DNA from: Candidatus Poribacteria bacterium
GTDB lineage: Bacteria > Poribacteria > WGA-4E > WGA-3G
Assembly: GCA_965214095.1 (NCBI GenBank)
Contig: OZ243938.1
Coordinates: forward strand, 1,408,001 to 1,472,000
Direction: 5' to 3'
Length of the DNA: 64,000 nucleotides
Under the pieces are notes generated by a model, which did no database searches, was not told where the DNA came from, and saw only the letters and a program-made list of their open reading frames with translations. Made by a program: the position numbers and the translations under genes. Shown here piece after piece: positions 60,641 to 64,000 of this stretch; position 1 is the stretch's first letter, and the number at the start of each line of letters is the position of its first letter.

Positions 60641-61555
60641 ATGGCAAAAGACTACGACAATATGGCAAAATCAATATTAACAGATTTTGCTACCGACATT
60701 TCACAGTTTGTAATCGGCACTCATCTTGATGTTGAAGTAATAGAAAATATTGACACGGAACAACAACTTGTTGTAGAACAACTTACTGACAGCACAAAAC
60801 GGATTCGTATCAACGAAAGCGAAGCAATTTTACATATTGAGTTACAACTTCGTGATAGCACATATAAACCGATGTGGGCCCGTAATGCGGCATATCACGG
60901 ATACCTTATCAAAGAACATCAGATGCCTGTTTATTCCAATGTCATCTATTTTCATCCGAATGCTGGAAGAAATGATACGGGTTTTTATCACTATAGTTCA
61001 TACGGATATGAATACACCTTACGATATAAGGTAATACGACTGATTGACATTGATGGACAATCGATATTGGAGATGCAGGCACCAGGATTGCTCCCTTTTA
61101 CCCCGTTGATGAAACGTCCTACGGGAGTTTCCATTGAACAGTGGATGCAAGAATGTATCAACGCAGTTGCTGCAACCCCTTTTGATGAACAGACACAAGG
61201 AGACCTATTCTGTGCACTATCGTTGTTCGGTGGCATTATCTACGATCCATTACTTTTCAAAAGAATGATACGGGAGGAACGTATGCAAGAATCAAAATAC
61301 TATCAACTCCTACGCGATGAATTCATCGCTATCGGCATTGAACAAGGTCTTGAACAAGGTCTTGAACAAGGGGCAAGAGAATCTACTATTAAAAACATCT
61401 TGAAGTTTCTAAATAGTAGATTCACTGCAGAAGAAGTCAACGAACTAATGCCTGAACTACAACAGATTACAGATATAGATCGACTTGAACAGTTGCTCTA
61501 TGCTGCACCACAAGTACAAAATCTTGAAGCCTTCAAATTCATGCTTGAAGAATAA
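60641..61555 (+). CDS. Rpn/YhgA-like PD-(D/E)xK nuclease (putative transposase) protein
   Basis: LTDS...ILHIELQ core, LLPFTPL, MQESKYYQ and GLEQG repeats. Confidence 0.82.
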   Translation: MAKDYDNMAKSILTDFATDISQFVIGTHLDVEVIENIDTEQQLVVEQLTDSTKRIRINESEAILHIELQLRDSTYKPMWARNAAYHGYLIKEHQMPVYSNVIYFHPNAGRNDTGFYHYSSYGYEYTLRYKVIRLIDIDGQSILEMQAPGLLPFTPLMKRPTGVSIEQWMQECINAVAATPFDEQTQGDLFCALSLFGGIIYDPLLFKRMIREERMQESKYYQLLRDEFIAIGIEQGLEQGLEQGARESTIKNILKFLNSRFTAEEVNELMPELQQITDIDRLEQLLYAAPQVQNLEAFKFMLEE

Positions 61556-61606
61556 CATATCCAGGACTTACACACTGTCCTTTGAATGAAGTTTGAATGG
61601 AGGACA

Positions 61607-62632
61607 ATGAATTATCAACGCAAGATTATTATCGCCTTCAGTTTGTTATTTGGTCTTCTTATCGTGGGAACAATCGGTTACACACTGATAGAAAAGGGAA
61701 ATCCAGAAGGCGAGTGGGACATCCTTGATGCAGTATGGATGACCGTTATTACATTAACGACAACAGGTTTTGACAGAATGAATATGAGTGATGCAGGACG
61801 CATCTTTACCCTGTTTCTACTCGTTGGCGGATTCGGAATTTTCGCATATAGCGTGACTGTTGCAACCGCTTTTCTTGTTGAAGGACAATTACAAAGCTTT
61901 TTTAAACAAAGAAAAATGATACGAACTGTTGATAAACTCTCAAATCATTATATTATCTGCGGAATTGGTGATACTGGCGTGCATGTGCTTGAAGAAATGG
62001 AAAAGGCAGATGCAAACTTTGTCTGTATTGAAATGGATGAAGAACGTGTAGAACACATTGCTGAAACTCACGATTTTCTATACGTTCACGGCGATGCAAC
62101 AGATGATGATATTCTCATCCGCGCAGGCGTTGAACGGGCGAAAGGACTTGTCGCTTGTCTCAGTCGGGACCAAGATAATCTGTTTGCTGTCATTTCTGCC
62201 AAAAAACTCAATCCAAGTTTGCGAGTCGTTTCCAAGGCAGTTGAGAATAATTCTCCTGAGAAAATGATAACTGCTGGGGCAGATGAAGTCGTTTTGCCAG
62301 ACCATATCGGGGGTATACGGCTTGCTTCTGGTATACTTGAACCACATCTTATTGATTTTTTTGCAAAGATGCAGGTAAGCAGACTGACTACGCGATTCGC
62401 AGAATCTATCATTCAACCAGACTCTAAATTGGACGGTATTACCATTGAAGAAGCAGAAATCAAAGATGAAACAGGCTTAGTCGTCATCGCTATTCGCAGT
62501 AAAGATGGTACATACATCTACAATCCTTCCGGAAATTTGCGAATTGAAGCGGGGGATGCTCTATTTGTCATATCAGACCCAAGGCAACTGCAGTTACTAC
62601 ATAAACTCACCGAAGATGCCCGGTGGGAATAA
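61607..62632 (+). CDS. Potassium channel protein with TrkA-N/TrkA-C (RCK) domains
   Basis: Two TM helices with TLTTTGF filter, ICGIGDTG and GDAT. Confidence 0.88.
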   Translation: MNYQRKIIIAFSLLFGLLIVGTIGYTLIEKGNPEGEWDILDAVWMTVITLTTTGFDRMNMSDAGRIFTLFLLVGGFGIFAYSVTVATAFLVEGQLQSFFKQRKMIRTVDKLSNHYIICGIGDTGVHVLEEMEKADANFVCIEMDEERVEHIAETHDFLYVHGDATDDDILIRAGVERAKGLVACLSRDQDNLFAVISAKKLNPSLRVVSKAVENNSPEKMITAGADEVVLPDHIGGIRLASGILEPHLIDFFAKMQVSRLTTRFAESIIQPDSKLDGITIEEAEIKDETGLVVIAIRSKDGTYIYNPSGNLRIEAGDALFVISDPRQLQLLHKLTEDARWE

Positions 62633-62725
62633 TCAAAATTAATAATGCCGATTATGTCCTGTTTGCTCGTCACCATTCTATCCTATATACACTGAATTCT
62701 ATAATCAATATACACGCTTTACACG

Positions 62726-62749
62726 GTAGGCGAGGTTTCCTAACCTCGC
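62726..62749 (+). repeat. GTAG-REP hairpin variant
   Basis: GTAG-GCGAGGTT-TCCT-AACCTCGC. Confidence 0.7.
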
Positions 62750-62836
62750 ATAATCAGAATGTCAAAGTTTTTCAATAATCTACCATAATATACAATTCTA
62801 AATTTTATATAAAAAACACAAAAAGGAAAAAATCGT

Positions 62837-64000
62837 ATGCTTGCAACTGTCCTAAGCAGTGCAGTACTTGGAATAGATGCATATATCGTTAAAGTTGAAG
62901 TAGATGTCACTGATGGTCTCCCTGTCTTCAGCACAGTAGGTTTACCAGATAGTGCCATAAAAGAGAGTCGTGATCGCGTTACAGCCGCTATAAAAAACTC
63001 CGGTTTTTACTTCCCACCGAGTAGAATTACAGCAAACTTAGCACCAGCACACATTCGCAAAGCAGGTTCCGCTTTTGATCTCCCCATTGCCATCGGTGTA
63101 ATGGCAGCAACGAATCAGGTTGATCCGATGAACCTTGAAAGTACAATGATTTTGGGTGAACTTTCTCTTGATGGCAACATTCGTAATATACAAGGAGGAC
63201 TCCCTATTGCTATAGCAGCAAAACACAACGGAGTGGAGAATCTTATCCTACCAGCTGAAAACGCCAAAGAGGCAGCGATTGTTGAAGGATTAAAAGTTTA
63301 TCCTGTCGAAAGTCTTACTGAAGCAGTCACATTCCTAAACGCTGTTAACGATATCTCTCCAGTACCGCCAACACTTAACACTACATTAGAAAAAACAGAC
63401 ACGAAATCCTATCTTGACTTAATAGATGTAAAAGGACAGGAACATGTAAAACGTGCAGTAGAAGTGGCTGCTGCCGGTGGACATAACATTATCATGATTG
63501 GACCACCAGGTTCCGGTAAAACGATGATTGCAAAACGTATCCCATCAATCTTACCGGAGTTATCTGTAGATGAATCGTTGGAAACAACAAAGATACAGAG
63601 CATCATCGGAGTTTTACCGAGTGATACACCGCTGGTAACAGTCCGTCCATTTCGATCACCACATCATACGATTTCAGATGCAGGTCTAATCGGTGGTGGG
63701 AATATACCACGTCCCGGTGAGGTAAGTCTCTCACATAACGGTGTGCTGTTCCTTGACGAACTCCCCGAATTTCGCAGGAACGTCCTTGAAGTCATGCGGC
63801 AACCTTTAGAAGACGGTTATGTGACGATTTCTCGTGCTGCTGCATCACTTACGTATCCAGCGAATTTTATGTTGGTGGCAGCAATGAATCCCTGTCCGTG
63901 TGGTTTCTTCAGCGACCCAAATAGAGAATGCAAATGTTCTCCTAAACAAATTCAAACGTATGTCTCTCGTATTTCTGGTCCGCTGTTGGATAGAATAGAC
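62837..64000 (+). CDS. comM: YifB/ComM Mg-chelatase-like AAA+ ATPase, runs off the window end
   Basis: [51 protein letters not shown] and MNPCPCG. Confidence 0.92.
   Translation, partial: MLATVLSSAVLGIDAYIVKVEVDVTDGLPVFSTVGLPDSAIKESRDRVTAAIKNSGFYFPPSRITANLAPAHIRKAGSAFDLPIAIGVMAATNQVDPMNLESTMILGELSLDGNIRNIQGGLPIAIAAKHNGVENLILPAENAKEAAIVEGLKVYPVESLTEAVTFLNAVNDISPVPPTLNTTLEKTDTKSYLDLIDVKGQEHVKRAVEVAAAGGHNIIMIGPPGSGKTMIAKRIPSILPELSVDESLETTKIQSIIGVLPSDTPLVTVRPFRSPHHTISDAGLIGGGNIPRPGEVSLSHNGVLFLDELPEFRRNVLEVMRQPLEDGYVTISRAAASLTYPANFMLVAAMNPCPCGFFSDPNRECKCSPKQIQTYVSRISGPLLDRID

Noticed and set aside
1-64000. tRNA (including tRNA-Sec), rRNA or riboswitch
   Set aside because: None was recognisable by eye; tRNAscan-SE and Rfam searches would be needed to exclude them.

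Overview
A gene-dense, roughly 40% GC bacterial chromosomal window. The gene content (three PhyH dioxygenases, WD40 and LamG proteins, secreted proteins ending in a K-L-x-T-T-W-G-x-L-K-like tail) suggests Candidatus Poribacteria; this is inference, not a database result. Housekeeping genes include rqcH, a solitary groEL, yebC-ruvCAB-queA-yajC, maf, a cysteine synthase, infA, rfbB, fumC and a partial comM/yifB. No tRNA, rRNA or CRISPR array was seen. Main discoveries: (1) three short ORFs at 8246-9265 join into one 339-aa exported tandem peroxiredoxin with an in-frame UGA at both catalytic positions, each followed by a SECIS-like hairpin, i.e. a probable two-selenocysteine protein. (2) An IS4-family element sits in a GTAG-REP hairpin flanked by a 20-bp duplication of that hairpin and nested inside two further small elements. 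Non-autonomous derivatives with the same ends carry the target hairpin and stack into themselves. (3) Four signal-peptide proteins from three unrelated families share a C-terminal motif that may be a sorting signal. (4) An Rpn-type nuclease has a strong internal start that could give an intragenic antitoxin. (5) IF-1 has a ~50-aa N-terminal extension. (6) There are two unusual toxin-antitoxin layouts. All family assignments come from motif recognition by eye.
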